Source: Vitrella brassicaformis CCMP3155
Taxonomy: Eukaryota; Protista; Chromerida
NCBI GenBank assembly: GCA_001179505.1
Contig: CDMY01000227.1
Span: 434,001-498,000 of the forward strand
Reading direction: 5' to 3'
Length of the DNA: 64,000 nt
Below, piece after piece: positions 26,975 through 38,988 of the stretch; the first letter of the stretch is position 1, and each line of letters starts with the position of its first letter. The translations under genes were made by a program, and so were the position numbers. A model generated the notes under the pieces. The model did not search any database, was not told the DNA's origin, and saw nothing but the letters and a program-made list of their open reading frames with translations.

Positions 26975-27774
26975 ACGAAAGGGAAAGGGGGGGGGCGGTT
27001 CAGTCGATATTTAAGATTTGCCATCCATTTCGTTCCACACCCACCCGCCCACCCGCCCGCCCGCCCAGGAAGGACGGAAGCCATACCATGGTGGAGGGAG
27101 GGATGGAGGGAGGGAGGGACACTTGGGGGGAGAGAAGGATGCCTGCGATGCCTAACCTATCGACTGATCTATCAGCTCAGCAAGCAAAGCAATGGATGGT
27201 ATGGTGGCTGGCGTGAGTGTGTGAGTGACGATAGGCAGCGGGAGGGCAGGAGCGAGCGGCCGTAGCCGGCCAGGCAGCATAGCAGAGCGGCTGCTCACCT
27301 GCCTGCCTGCCTGCCTGCCTCCCGCGCGTACCTACCGACGTGTGGATGGGTGTGTATGCGCCATGCGGCTGTGTGTAGATGGCTGTCCGTCCGTCTGACT
27401 GTGCGTGAGAGTGTGAGAGTGTGCCTAGCTGGATGTGGCTGGTCGAGCGGGTGGGGCGGGCGGGCCTGTCTGCGTGTGTCAGCGGGAGGGAGGGTGGGTG
27501 ATTGATTGAGTGGACTGGATGGACGGGCCACGTGGGTGTGGTGTCTGTGCGTGTGTGGCCGGAACGAACTGTTGCGTATCTCTGCTGCCTGCGTGAGACC
27601 GACCCATATATTTCGCGTCGATCAATCACACATCGTCTGCACAAGTAAGTCCATTGCGCCCATACCCTTGCACCACACCGAAAAAAGGCAGCAGCACCAC
27701 CACCACCGCACACCCACAGGGCACACTGCCCTCCCTCCCTCCCCCCTCTCTCTGTCAACGCATCATTCGTCCAC

Positions 27775-28216
27775 TCACTTCACCTGCCCAGCTTGACGAA
27801 GGTGGCGATGTTTTTGATCTTGTCCCTCACGTGGGGCGTGGGCTCCACGGAGCCCCGCTCGTGCATCTCGAGGTGCTTGAGGACCTGCTTGGCCCGGTAC
27901 CACCCCAGCCCCGTGTTGCGCATCAGGCTCATGTACAGGGACTTCCGGCCTGAGATCACGAAGTTGCGCTGCTCCTCCTGCTTGATGGCGTGCCACTTGG
28001 CGCGACGCTCCGCCTTGCGAGCGTCGCGGTAGGCCCGGCTCTGCAAGGCACACACACGTGGGGCAGACAGAAAGACGTCCACTGCAGTGCACTGAATGAA
28101 TGCACTGCGCCTGCACAGGCTGGCGTGGCGTGGTGCTGCTGCGTACCCACCCGTTTGATTCCATATGGGATCTTCTCCTTGAAGACGATGCCATTCAGGA
28201 TGCGGCTCAGGAACAT
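27775..28216 (-). CDS. Small basic protein with an S13-like helix-2-turn-helix, candidate mitochondrial ribosomal uS13m
   Basis: Two exons, about 110 aa. ISGRKSLYMSLMRNTGLGWYRAKQVLKHLEM aligns ungapped to the bacterial S13 N-terminus (K..L..G.G..R.K..L pattern). The N-terminus MFLSRIL resembles a mitochondrial presequence. Confidence 0.55.
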
Positions 28217-28283
28217 CCTCCTGACGTCCTCGAGGAGGCATCGAAGAAGGCGGCAAAGGCAACGCGGGTCATCAGTTCAATTT

Positions 28284-28300
28284 TGCGAGCTTCAGCTCGC
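28284..28300. promoter_or_regulatory. TGCGAGCTT overlapping an inverted AGCTCGC (uS13-like / SLC35F6 pair)
   Basis: tgcgagcttcagctcgc is a near-palindromic double site in the 178-bp spacer. Confidence 0.55.
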
Positions 28301-28394
28301 GCAAGGGAATGGGGCTCGTGCTTCTGCAGGTCTGAGGGTGGGAGGGAGCGCTGGACCGTGTGCGGGCACCGTCCGCGCCAGTGCTGCAGCCGGC

Positions 28395-30129
28395 ATGCAC
28401 CTGTACGTGGCGATGGTGGTGATGCTGGTGAGCGGTGCGCTCAACACGCTCGTGTCCAAGTATCAGGACAACCAGTACGCCCCCGCCGGCAGAGGACAGA
28501 AGCCCACCCAGTTTGACGCGCCCTTCGTCCAGACATTTATCATGTTCATGGGAGGTCAGTCTGTCAGTCAACCAACCACTGTTTGTTTCTGACTGAGCAA
28601 TGCACTCGGTTGCCGAGCATTCTGGTGCGTGTGCGTGTGACAGAGTTTTCTTGTCTGCTGGTGTTTCTTGTGGGTCGGCGGCTGGACCGTCGGCGGCGTC
28701 ACATCCACCGTCCGTGTCCCAAGTGGCTGTTCATCGTCCCGTCAGCGTGCGACTGGACGGCCTCCACCATGGTCTTCTTCTCCACACTCATCATGTCTGT
28801 CCAAACACACACCACAGCACAGCACACCACACCGCACCAAACACATTGGCTGCATGATAATAATGACAATTTCCCTCCATTCTGCGTGTTTGTGTTTGTG
28901 TTTGTGTGTGTGTGTGTTTAGTTCCGCGTCAGCGGTGCAGATGATCCGTGGCTCCGTTGTCATCTTCACGGCCCTGTTCTCTGTCATCTTTCTCAAGAGG
29001 CGACTCTTCGCCCACCACTATGTCGGCGTGGTCAGTGAGTGAGAACGACACACACACACACACACACACACCAACACCACCCCGGCCGGCGCATGTCAAT
29101 AATCGCCATCGCCTGTCTCGGCCTGGTTCCTCGCCTCGTCTCGCCTGCAGGCGTGTGTGTGTGTGGGCATCGTGCTAGTGGCGCTGACCACTATTCTGTA
29201 CCACCCTCCATCCGGCAGCGCACCGCCACCGTCAGGCATCCACCCGTTCGTCGGTACGCTACGCAAGAAAGAACCCACGCCTGTGGATGGATGGAGCGAG
29301 TTGTGGTGGTTGTTGTTGATTGGCTGATTTCTCGCTGGCTTAGGTGTGGTGGTCTGCACGTGTTCCCAGATGGCGTCTGCGGCGCTGTTCGTTATCGAGG
29401 AGAAGGTGCTCTCGAGATACCAGGTGGGTCAATCAGGGAGGGAGGGAGGGAGGGAGAGAGGGACCACGGAGGCATTGTGAGGGCTGGCCGGTCAGGTGGC
29501 GCCGATTGAGGCGATTGGGTTGGAGGGGATGTTCGGATGCACCATCGGTAAGTGGATAAGCACACACACACACACACGTGCAGCCTCTCTGCGATGCAGG
29601 TGTGGTCCTGCTGAGCGTCCTGACGCCCCTGAAGGTGTCGCCCACTCTGGGGGCCCTCCACCAGATCACCCACTCCCTCCCGCTGCTCATATCCAGTGTC
29701 GGGGTCATCTTCACCATAGCCTTCTTCAACGTCACCGGGATCACCGTCACCAAGCGGGCCTCCGCAGTGGCACGCAGCACACTCGACTGCTGCAGGACCA
29801 TCCTCGTGTGGGCGGGGGAGCTGGTCCTCGGGTGGAACACTTTCCACTGGATTCAGCTCCTGGGCTTTGCTGTCATGGCTTTCGGTGGGTGGTGTGCCAC
29901 ATCCCCGGCACAACAGAAGAGACGGCATCGGTGTTGTCTTGTGTGTGTGTGTCAGGGACGATGCTCTACAACAGGTTGATTCGGATCAAGTTTCTGGAGG
30001 GGATTGGCGAGGCTGAGAGGCTCGTTTATGAGGGCTACTCGCCAGACGCCATGCACAACCAGAAGCAGCTTTGGTGGGCAGGCAGGCAGGCAGGCAGGCA
30101 GGCAGGCAACCACCCCAACCAGCCCCATG

Positions 30130-30161
<32 letters not shown>

Positions 30162-30954
30162 AGGCCTGCCTCCCCCTCGCCGTCGACGACTGACGTGCTG
30201 TCGGGCCAGGCCAGCAACCCCGATAGCCCTCTCACCATGGCCAAGGACGTCTCTATCGACGTACGTCACGTTTGTGGTCTTATCTGCCTGCCTGCAGCAC
30301 ACAGGTGCTTTGTTNNNNNNNNNNNNNNNNNNNNNNNNNNNNNNNNNNNNNNNNNNNNNNNNNNNNNNNNNNNNNNNNNNNNNNNNNNNNNNNNNNNNNN
30401 NNNNNNNNNNNNNNNNNNNNNNNNNNNNNNNNNNNNNNNNNNNNNNNNNNNNNNNNNNNNNNNNNNNNNNNNNNNNNNNNNNNNNNNNNNNNNNNNNNNN
30501 NNNNNNNNNNNNNNNNNNNNNNNNNNNNNNNNNNNNNNNNNNNNNNNNNNNNNNNNNNNNNNNNNNNNNNNNNNNNNNNNNNNNNNNNNNNNNNNNNNNN
30601 NNNNNNNNNNNNNNCCCCCCCCCCCCCCCCTTCTCTCTCTCCCTCTGTCTCTCTGTGTGTCTGCGTCAGTATATTGGGGACTATGATTTCGACGAGCCCT
30701 TGCTGTCGACCCAGAACGGCTCCCGCGAAGATGGCGGCGGCTCCCCCACTTGGCGCGGCTCGCACACGGGAAGCGGCACCTTCCACCCCCCACTTTTCCC
30801 TCCATCTGCTGCATCGATGCCGGCCATCTCCATCAACTCACATACGGACTCCCACGCCCACTCCCACCCACACACCGGTCAGGACGACGACCCGGCCACG
30901 CCAGCTTCGCAGCTGCACCTCAGCCCGCAGATCGACAACGGCGGGAGGAAGTGA
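28395..30954 (+). CDS. SLC35F6-like drug/metabolite (nucleotide-sugar) transporter
   Basis: GALNTLVSKYQD, PFVQTFIMFMGEFSCL, QMIRGSVVIFTALFSVIFLKRRL, VIEEK, GLEGMFG, IAFFNVTGITVTKRASAVARSTLDCCRTILVW; about 10 TMs. Confidence 0.9.
30315..30613. other. Assembly gap (299 N) inside an intron of the SLC35F6-like gene, followed by a poly-C run
   Basis: Run of n characters seen directly; the flanking exons still join in frame. Confidence 0.99.
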
Positions 30955-31708
30955 AGAGACTGAAGAGACTGAAGTGACGACGACAAGTGACGACGACAGG
31001 ACGACTACCCGACAGGCCGATTCATTTCTGTTCTCGTCTCGTGTGCTTGTTTGTTTATGTCGAGACAAGCAAGCTTTTTTTGGTCCGTCCAACGGTCTGG
31101 TCCATCCGTGGGTATGTGTGTGTGTGTGTGTGTGTGGAGCGATTTGTCGCCGCGCCCTTTTTTTGGTGTGCGTATGATGGCTGGCTGGGTGTCGATCGAT
31201 GTGCGTCGGACGTGTCGCTCTTTGTTTCTTTGTTTGGTCGATCCGTTTGAATTCGCTGCGGGCCGCTCACGGATGGCTGGTGAGAGGTTTGCCCAGCCAT
31301 CCGTGAGTGGGGGCTTGTGGGGGGGGGGCTTGTGGGGCGCCCATGCGTGTGTGTGGGTGGGTGGGTATAGCGGATGGTCCAGGAGACTGGCAGAGGGCAG
31401 GGAGGGGAGGGAGGGGAGGGAGATGGGCGAAACAGAGGATGCAATCAAGACAAGACAGACAATTTCATGAAGACAGACATCGACAAAGATACACTGACTG
31501 ACACATCATGGTATGGTGCGTGCAAAGAAAGACCAACCGGCCAACGAAAGACACACAGGAAGAATGACATCCATACATACATACGTCTTAGCAGCACACA
31601 ATCACAACACAACGACACACCACACACTTTGTCATAGAGAGAAAACTCCCCTCTCACACAGACGCACCCATCACTGTCGTCTCATCACCGACCGACCGAC
31701 CAGCTAAG

Positions 31709-34700
31709 CTAGGTAGAGATCTCCAGCCCCAATCGCAGGCTGATGGCGTGTCCCGGGTGCTGCGCATGCACATGGGGCGCAGTCGTCCTCAAGTCACATA
31801 TCTCCTCAGGCACACACACGTAAAACGATGATGACGAGCCAGACAACACATCCACAGAGGGGGGCGAGGGCGAGGGACGGGGAGGGGGAGCGGCGGTTGT
31901 GTCTCGTGCGCACAGCGGGAGAGGGCCTCTGCAAACACACAAATCAGAGAGAGACACAGATGGGATGGTCGGTGGGTTGTCGGCACTCACTTGACGATGC
32001 CGCCGAGGAAGAGATTGAGCCGCCAGGATCGCTAGCCAGGCGGCAAGGCCGCACGAACCGGTGCGGTCACCCCCAGTGCGCAGAAGCCACTGGGGGACGC
32101 CCGCAGCCCGTTGGGAAAGAACAACTGCACACACACACACATGACACAAACAAATATTCACAATCAAGAAGACGACACTCACACACACACACACACACAC
32201 CTCCTGCACACCCACATGTGTACCAGTCTGAGCCCCGGCAGCCCCGCGAGGTCGAAATCGGGGCTGGCCAGCACCTCGCCCTCGGGGAACTCCCGTAGGC
32301 ACTGGATGATGTCCGTTATCAGCCACTCAAACACATGCGGCCCCCGCAACACAGACCGAATCGGCGGTGGGTGTGTGGACGTCCGGACAACCGACTCCTT
32401 GCGATAGTGTCTCCCTTTTGCGTCGGTGGTCCCGGTGTCTCCTCCTCCTCCTGCTGCTGCTGCTGCTGCTGATGCTCTGAAGGTGTAGGCGGACGACTGG
32501 GGGCTTGGGCTCTCTGTGAGGGGGCTGTGGGGGGGTTTGAGGGAGGTGAGGACGTCCTCCTGCCGGCTGCTGATGGCGGCCAAACGATCCTGCAGACGGT
32601 CGCATGGATGGATGGATGGATGAAGGGTTTGTGTGTGTGTGTTGAAAGTTTTTGTGACATTACTGACCTCCGTCTTTGCCATTCGCCTGTCGATTGCCTC
32701 CTGCATGTCGCGACTTCTCTCCCGCTCCCTCTTAGCCTCCGTCTCGGTGACAGCCATCCGCCGCTCAACGCGCTCCCACATCTCGCCGAGCAGCCCCTCG
32801 AGCCTCTCAGCCACAGCCGATGGATCGCTGCCAGGACGTGCCTCGCCCTCCGACCGCAGCTGCATCCGTGAACGAGCCTGAGGCTCTGTCTGTGTCAGGT
32901 CTGGCCGGGAAGCTTTGCCGGCCTCTTGTGTTGGCGGCGATGGTGGTCTGTCCCACAGCAGGCTGCCGATACGGCTTGTCCTATACTCGTGGGAGATCCT
33001 GCGGTGTCTCCTGGGGGCACCGGTGGGCAAGGGAGCCATGTCATGGTCTGACTCTGATAGGGATGGCGGCGGCGAAGAGGCCTCGCGCTCATCGTCGAGA
33101 GGGGGGGGAGGGATCTCCAGCGATAATGTCACCAAACCTGCCAGGTCAGACCAGACCAGACATCGACCAGAGGAGAGGAGTGCATGTGTGGGTTGGTTTG
33201 CCATCACACAGGACATTGCATTGGTCACCTTTGGTCTTTGAGGCCTTCTTGGCGGCCCTCGTGGCTGATGTGTGTGAGTGGAGAGGGAACGACTGGTTGG
33301 CAAGCGACTCGCACGCAAAGCGGGGGGTGCTGCCTGCAGACAGGACAGCGGATGAGAGAGCGCATCTTAGTGGCCTAACTCAGAAGCTGACCGACTGACC
33401 AAGTCGGACATTCGGCCCTGCGAGCCAGACCTCCACCCACAAGCCACGGATGTCATCAAACACCGGCCAACATATCTACGCAACCAACACACAGCACACA
33501 ACACCATACATTCACATGTCATGAGGATTGTCCGCCACCGACCGTTTCATCGACGTCGATGTGTGCTACGGCAAAGGTCTCATCGAGGTGCGGCACGAGG
33601 TACGTCTGTGTGGCCGCCAAAGTCTGGCTCCTCCGGGGCTTGCCCACACGGGTCAAGGAGCTCGCCTCCTTGGCCCATTTGATCAGCCCGTAGACTTCTC
33701 TCGGTGCTGCAGACGTGTCGGCCGCTGTGGGAGCCGCAGGTACCGACGTGACAGCCGAAAACAGGGCCATGCTTGAGGAGCGAGGAAAAGAGGACAAGAC
33801 ATCAATCAACGGAACGGTGGCAAAGGCTCGTCGCTTGCTCTCTTACTTGAGCGTCAAGCTCTCCACATGGAGGACGGCCTGCGGCAGCTGCAAGGGCGTC
33901 CGAACAGTCGCCCGCTCAGCACCTGCACATACACACATACGCAGGATGGCACTTGCCTGTGTCACTGAGTCACGTCTGTCGTTTGGGTTTTCCGCACCCA
34001 CCAGCAGCAGCATAGACAGACGGTCTCGCGGACGAGTGGACAGCCGAATGGACGAGCCTCTGAGACCGACGCCGAGGAGATGGCGTCTCCTCTATTTCCC
34101 GCTGGAAGACCCGCCTTCTCAAGAGAGCCTCCGAGTCCCCCCCGTCTGTCTGCCGCAGCAGCTGCTGGATGAGCTTCCCCCCCCCCCTGCGTCTCGAGCT
34201 GGTTTTGTGTGGCCTCGACAGCCGTCTCCAGGGAGCCATCATTCGCACGCCGCCTCTCCAAGTGCGAGAGCTTGGTCTCGATGCCCGTCCCGCCCTCCTC
34301 GAGACGCGTGACCCTTCTCCCCAGCTGATAAGCCTCGGTCATCATCTGGGCTGATGTGGTCTCCATGTCAGAGAGTTTGGCGGCGATTTCCCGGATGGAC
34401 GAATCCACACTGTCGTGGGCGGCGAGGCGCTTGTCCAGCTCTGAGACCTGCTGCATGAGGGGGGCCAGCTGTGTGATGACGTCGGTGGTCTCGGCGGGTA
34501 TTGGTTGCTGGGCGAGGGCGGCGTCAAGTCGATCCAGACGCTCAACGAGCCTGCTGAAAGCACTCATGGACCGTGCTTGCAGGCCTACAAAAGCAAAAAA
34601 GGAGCAAGTGGTTCAAAAGCCCAAGGGGTCGGCTTCTCTCTGTAAGTGCGGTGCGTACCTTCCAGGTCCTGTTTGGTCTTGCCTCCGTCTTGCTTGAGTG

Positions 34701-35832
34701 CTTCCAGTTGTCCCTGCATCCCGCCTATAGAATTCCGCTGCCGCACCATCTCCTCAGCCACACTCTTGAACTGATCCTCAACATACCCAGCCAAGCCACC
34801 CTCATCACTCGCGGCAGCGGCGGCCGTCCTCGCAACATTCCGCAGCACCGTCTCCTCTCTCTTTTCCTCCACACCTATAGCTTTCTCCGAGTCCTTCTCT
34901 CTTTGAACTTCCCCCCTCCTCGGCCGCACGCCCACACCGACAGCTCGTGAAGGCACCTCCACTGGCTCTCGTGCAGGCGTGTCTTCCCTTGCTTCTCCCT
35001 TGGCCGCTTCTTTCCTGTCCCGCTTTGGCGGCGGTCCTCTTGGTGGGGGAGGGGAGGGCAGCTGCATGGTGAACAACGGCTCACGGACGAAAGGGGCTGA
35101 GTGGGGGAAGGGCAGCTCGCTGTCGTCGGCGGCTGGGCACGTGTCGCTCATCGTGCTGCCGCGCTGATGATCCACCATGGTGACAGGAGGATGGCAACTT
35201 GAGGGCGGCAGGGAATGGGAAGATGACGCTCGCGAACCGACGCGCGCCATCGGGGCATTTTCATCATCACCATCACCATGATGATCCGATTCGCTGTTCC
35301 CGCCATCAGACTCTGATGCGGAAGCGTATGCTGAGCCCTGGGCGGCCTCAGGTCCATGGAGGGAAGGGGAAAGAGAGAGAGAAGAGAGGCCGGCGTCGTC
35401 TTCGCCCTCACTGACAGGCTGTGGCTGCCCCGCGCGTCTGTCATGATCAGGCAATGAAGAAGACGAGTGGGGCGGCGACTGATCCGCATCGCGTCCATCT
35501 TTCTCCTCATCCCCGCTGGGCTGCTTCTGCTCAGCCTCCCCCTGCTGCAGCAGTCGGGACCACTTCGGCGGAGAGGCCTTGCGGGCAGTCCTCCGCCTCA
35601 GGAACCGGAAGCTGAACGCCTTCCCCCGCCTCTCCCCCATATTCTCGTCATCTCGCATCACAGTCTCGCCTTGGTTCTGCCTCATCCCGGTAGATGGCCC
35701 GAAACATGGAACGTTGTGTTCTGCCGCTTGAGCATGAGGATGAGCATTGGGCGGCGGGTCAGCGCTAGCAGAGTGGTTGTAGCTGTGGCTGGCGCGCCGC
35801 AGAACCTTGTACAGGTTAGATGAATGGCTCAT
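31709..35832 (-). CDS. Coiled-coil protein with a central C2-like segment and C-terminal MATH/TRAF-like domain; carries an apparent frameshift and an in-frame TAG (possible pseudogene)
   Basis: C-terminal exons give FEWLITDIIQCLREFPEGEVLASPDFDLAGLPGLRL|LFFPNG..GFCALG..RLNLFLGG..KGP..LRLGLEI, a MATH-like pattern. Frame break at a G11 run (34177-34187) and TAG at 32032-32034. The 5' end may extend to about 36323. Confidence 0.65.
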
Positions 35833-36135
35833 TTGGGGAGACGGTGGGGGCTGTCAGTCTCGCCCCCAGGTCACGACTCCTGGCCGCAGGGCTCTCGCCT
35901 CCCTCAGCTGTCGGGGATCTTCGCCCGTTGGAGATCTCGATTCGCCCATCATCATTATGGTGCCTTAAGGCACAGCCGTGACGATTCTGCTGCTGGCGAC
36001 GCAGTCCAGGCCCTGTCCGGCGACACGCACCGATAGATAAGATACGCAAGAAACCCACAGAAGTAGAAGAGGCAGACGTCATGGGATGGACGGATGGAAG
36101 GGAGGGAAGGAGAGAGCTCGGGGCAAAGGAGAGTC

Positions 36136-36144
36136 TGCGAGCTT
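36136..36144 (+). promoter_or_regulatory. TGCGAGCTT putative promoter element (MATH-like / SNARE pair)
   Basis: Exact motif between ATGs 35832 and 36491. Confidence 0.45.
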
Positions 36145-36490
36145 CTCTGGAAGATCGCACCCCAGAAAACGCAGACGCATACGCGAGTGCTGCGGAAGAC
36201 AGTGGAGGCTGTCAGAAGGTGAAGTGGGGATCTGGTGCTCATCGACTTGGAGATCTCTTGCACTTTGCTGACTTGACGTTCACTTCTTGAGTCCAGGGGT
36301 TCTCGGCAGAGAGGGGTGTCCATCGGCCTTCCGACAGCCGACCATGACGACCCTCAGAGGTAGACCAGCGTGGCGGACGACTGCCGTCCAGCAGCCTGGA
36401 CACTGACTGTCACAATGCAGTGATGGCGTGGTTGATTGCTTGTGTGCGTGTGTGTGTGCGTGTGGTGCTTCGTTCGCTATGGTGCCATGT

Positions 36491-37974
36491 ATGTCAGGTA
36501 TGGACGAGTTAATGGTTCGAGTGGATCGCATTGCCACCGAGTGCACCAAGGACGGCAAGAAGGACGCCAGCGGTGCCGGCGGGAAGCAGAAGGACGACTT
36601 TTTGGCAGCCAAGAGCGGCCTCTACCAGCTGCTCTACGAGGTTAAGGAAAACATCCGGGAGAGGCACACGCTGCAGAGGCGGAACGGTGAGGGAGTGGGG
36701 TGGGGTGGGGGGAGGCACTTACGTATCTACGCCCACCCTCCACCTGCCCTGCGTGGGTTGTGTTGTGTCTGTCTGGGTCAGGCAACACCTACGAGACGAT
36801 TCGGAAGGGCGCGGAGATATCGGAGCAGCTCAAGCAGATCGATGTCGACTTCAAAAAGATCCAGGACATCCACAAGAAGCAGCGGGGCTTTGCACGCAGA
36901 CGGGTGGGTGCGGGGCGGGGCGGTCGGTGGGAGGGAGGACGCCACGCCCAGCCACACCGTGGCAGGCAAACTCATAAATGAGATATTTGTGTCTGCAGAG
37001 CCTCGGTCTGACCGACGAAGAGCTGGACAACCGGCTGTCGGACCTGAACCTGCTCAAGCAGCAGATCGAGGAGGCCAGGACGGCCTTTCGCAACAACCGT
37101 GCCATCAGCACTGACAAGCTGACGTCCATGTCAGGTGCCTCCCCCCTGTCGACTCGCACCACCACCGCCGACCACGTCGTACCGCCAAGGACCATCGGCG
37201 CACCCACTGCCAGAGAGGGAGGGGGCGAGGTGGCACTCGACATTGCAGAGGAACGGTCAGCGAGAGGAGGAGGCGGGCGGGGAGGGAGGGAGGGAGGGTC
37301 TTTTGCATGCTGTGATCTCTGTGTGTGCTGTGTGTTCATGTCAGGCGGGCGTTGGGTCTGTCATCGCCTGGTGGTGGGGCGCGTGAGCCGACCGAGGCCG
37401 AGCGGCAGGCCATGGACAGGTGGAAAAGGCGCGACCAAGCCATGGTGGGTGGGAGCGGGGAAGGAAGGTGGCTGTGCGTGAGTGCATTCCTGCAACTGTC
37501 TTGCGTGTGTGTGTTATGTGCGGCTTTCATCCAGGACCGTCAGCTTGACGAGATCGGGGAGGGCGTCGAGCGCCTTGGAGACATCGCGCAAAACATCAAC
37601 GCGGTATGCACACCGACAGACACACATGCACACGATTGATTGCATCTCCGTGTGAGCCTTGTTTTGTTGTGCGTGTTGGCGAGCAGACGGCCGACCGCCA
37701 CACGGTGATGGCCCAGGAGATCGCCAGGTCGGCCGACAAGGCCCACAGCAACCTCCAAACCCTGTCGCTGAAGATGAAGAAAGTCATGGTCAGCCCCCCT
37801 CACTCTCACTCTCACTCTCGTCTCACACACAAGCACCGTGTGTGTGCGTGTGTGTGTGTGCAGGAGACGCAACGCAACTCAACGTTCTTTTGCCGCATTA
37901 TCTTGGTGGTGGTGCTCATCGGGTGCGTCGGATACATCTACTGGGCCATTACAAACCAAGACGGAGATAGATAG
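36491..37974 (+). CDS. Qc-SNARE, SYP7/SYP71-like syntaxin
   Basis: Helical N-terminal bundle; SNARE coil DRQLDEIGEGVERLGDIAQNIN..LQTLSLKMKKVM; C-terminal TM FFCRIILVVVLIGCVGYIY. Confidence 0.8.
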
Positions 37975-38988
37975 ATAGATAGATAGATAGACAGACGGGG
38001 AGGGAGGCAGCAGGCGGCTGAATGTCGGTCTTCAGTGAATGCTGTTAGCTAGACCTGTGTGCGTCCGCCTGTCTGTCTGTCTGTGCCATAGCGATTGGTA
38101 TCCCTTTTGTGGTTTGCTGTTTGCTGTTTGTTTGTCAACCGCCCCGACTGTGGACCCACCCCACCCATGGCCACATACGCACATTCATTTAATTAAGATG
38201 CTGCTGCTGCCTGCCATCCATCCCAGCCACAGCTGGTGGCTCGATGGCATACCTTAGCTCCGTCTTTGTGTTCAGGGACTGAATGCCGTCGGGTCGATAT
38301 GTAGGCGTGCAGGCACTCAGAAATACTTGGAGGTCGTGATGCGTGCAGGCAGTGCATGGAATGAAAGCGTGCTTCGGTCGGCACGTCAGTCGCCACCAGC
38401 AGGGCGGCTCTCAGGCGAGCGGCTGCTAACACGAGACCACCGGAAGCAGCAGCCGGCCAGAGTGGACTGGTGGCAACGGCAAGTAACCGTGCGGTGCGTC
38501 CAGCCATGGAGAGGGAACAAGATGGAAGATGGTCATTTCACATGTCTCCTCTCTCTCTGCTGTGCTGTGCTGCGCTGCATGCTTGTGTGCAGAAGAAAGA
38601 AGGAGACACTCAAACAAGGCGTTTGGACAATGTGTGTCTGTTCCTGTCTGTATGTCTGTGTGTGCGTGTTGGTGCAGAGTGGCTAGGTAGGGCCTCACTC
38701 AGTGCAAACCCTCACTTCTGGTAAAGACAGTCAACCCAGTTTTCGTGCCCATTCCCTTTTTCTGTGCCCTCTATTCCGCTTGTAGTGTGGACGGGTGGGC
38801 TGGGCGGGAGCATGAGCTTCCAAAGACATCTGCGAGCGAAAAAAGGCGAGCTTTGCGAGCCACTGGAGTTCCTCCCACCAAACATGCATCGCAAAGGCAA
38901 GAAGCCAAAACCCCACAATTCGCTCACAAACGTTAACACGGAGCTCTGCCTGACTCTTCTCTCTCTCTCTCTCTCTCTCTCTTGCAGG

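Noticed and set aside
30004-31177. ORFs containing poly-X
   Set aside because: Artefacts of translating through the N gap.
35850-36323. Extra 5' exons for the MATH-like gene starting at ATG 36323
   Set aside because: They could not be joined in frame to the 35832 exon without assuming another lesion; left unresolved.
38260-38720. Possible small exons upstream of copy A
   Set aside because: Splice-like signals are present, but I could not assemble a consistent, recognisable reading frame.
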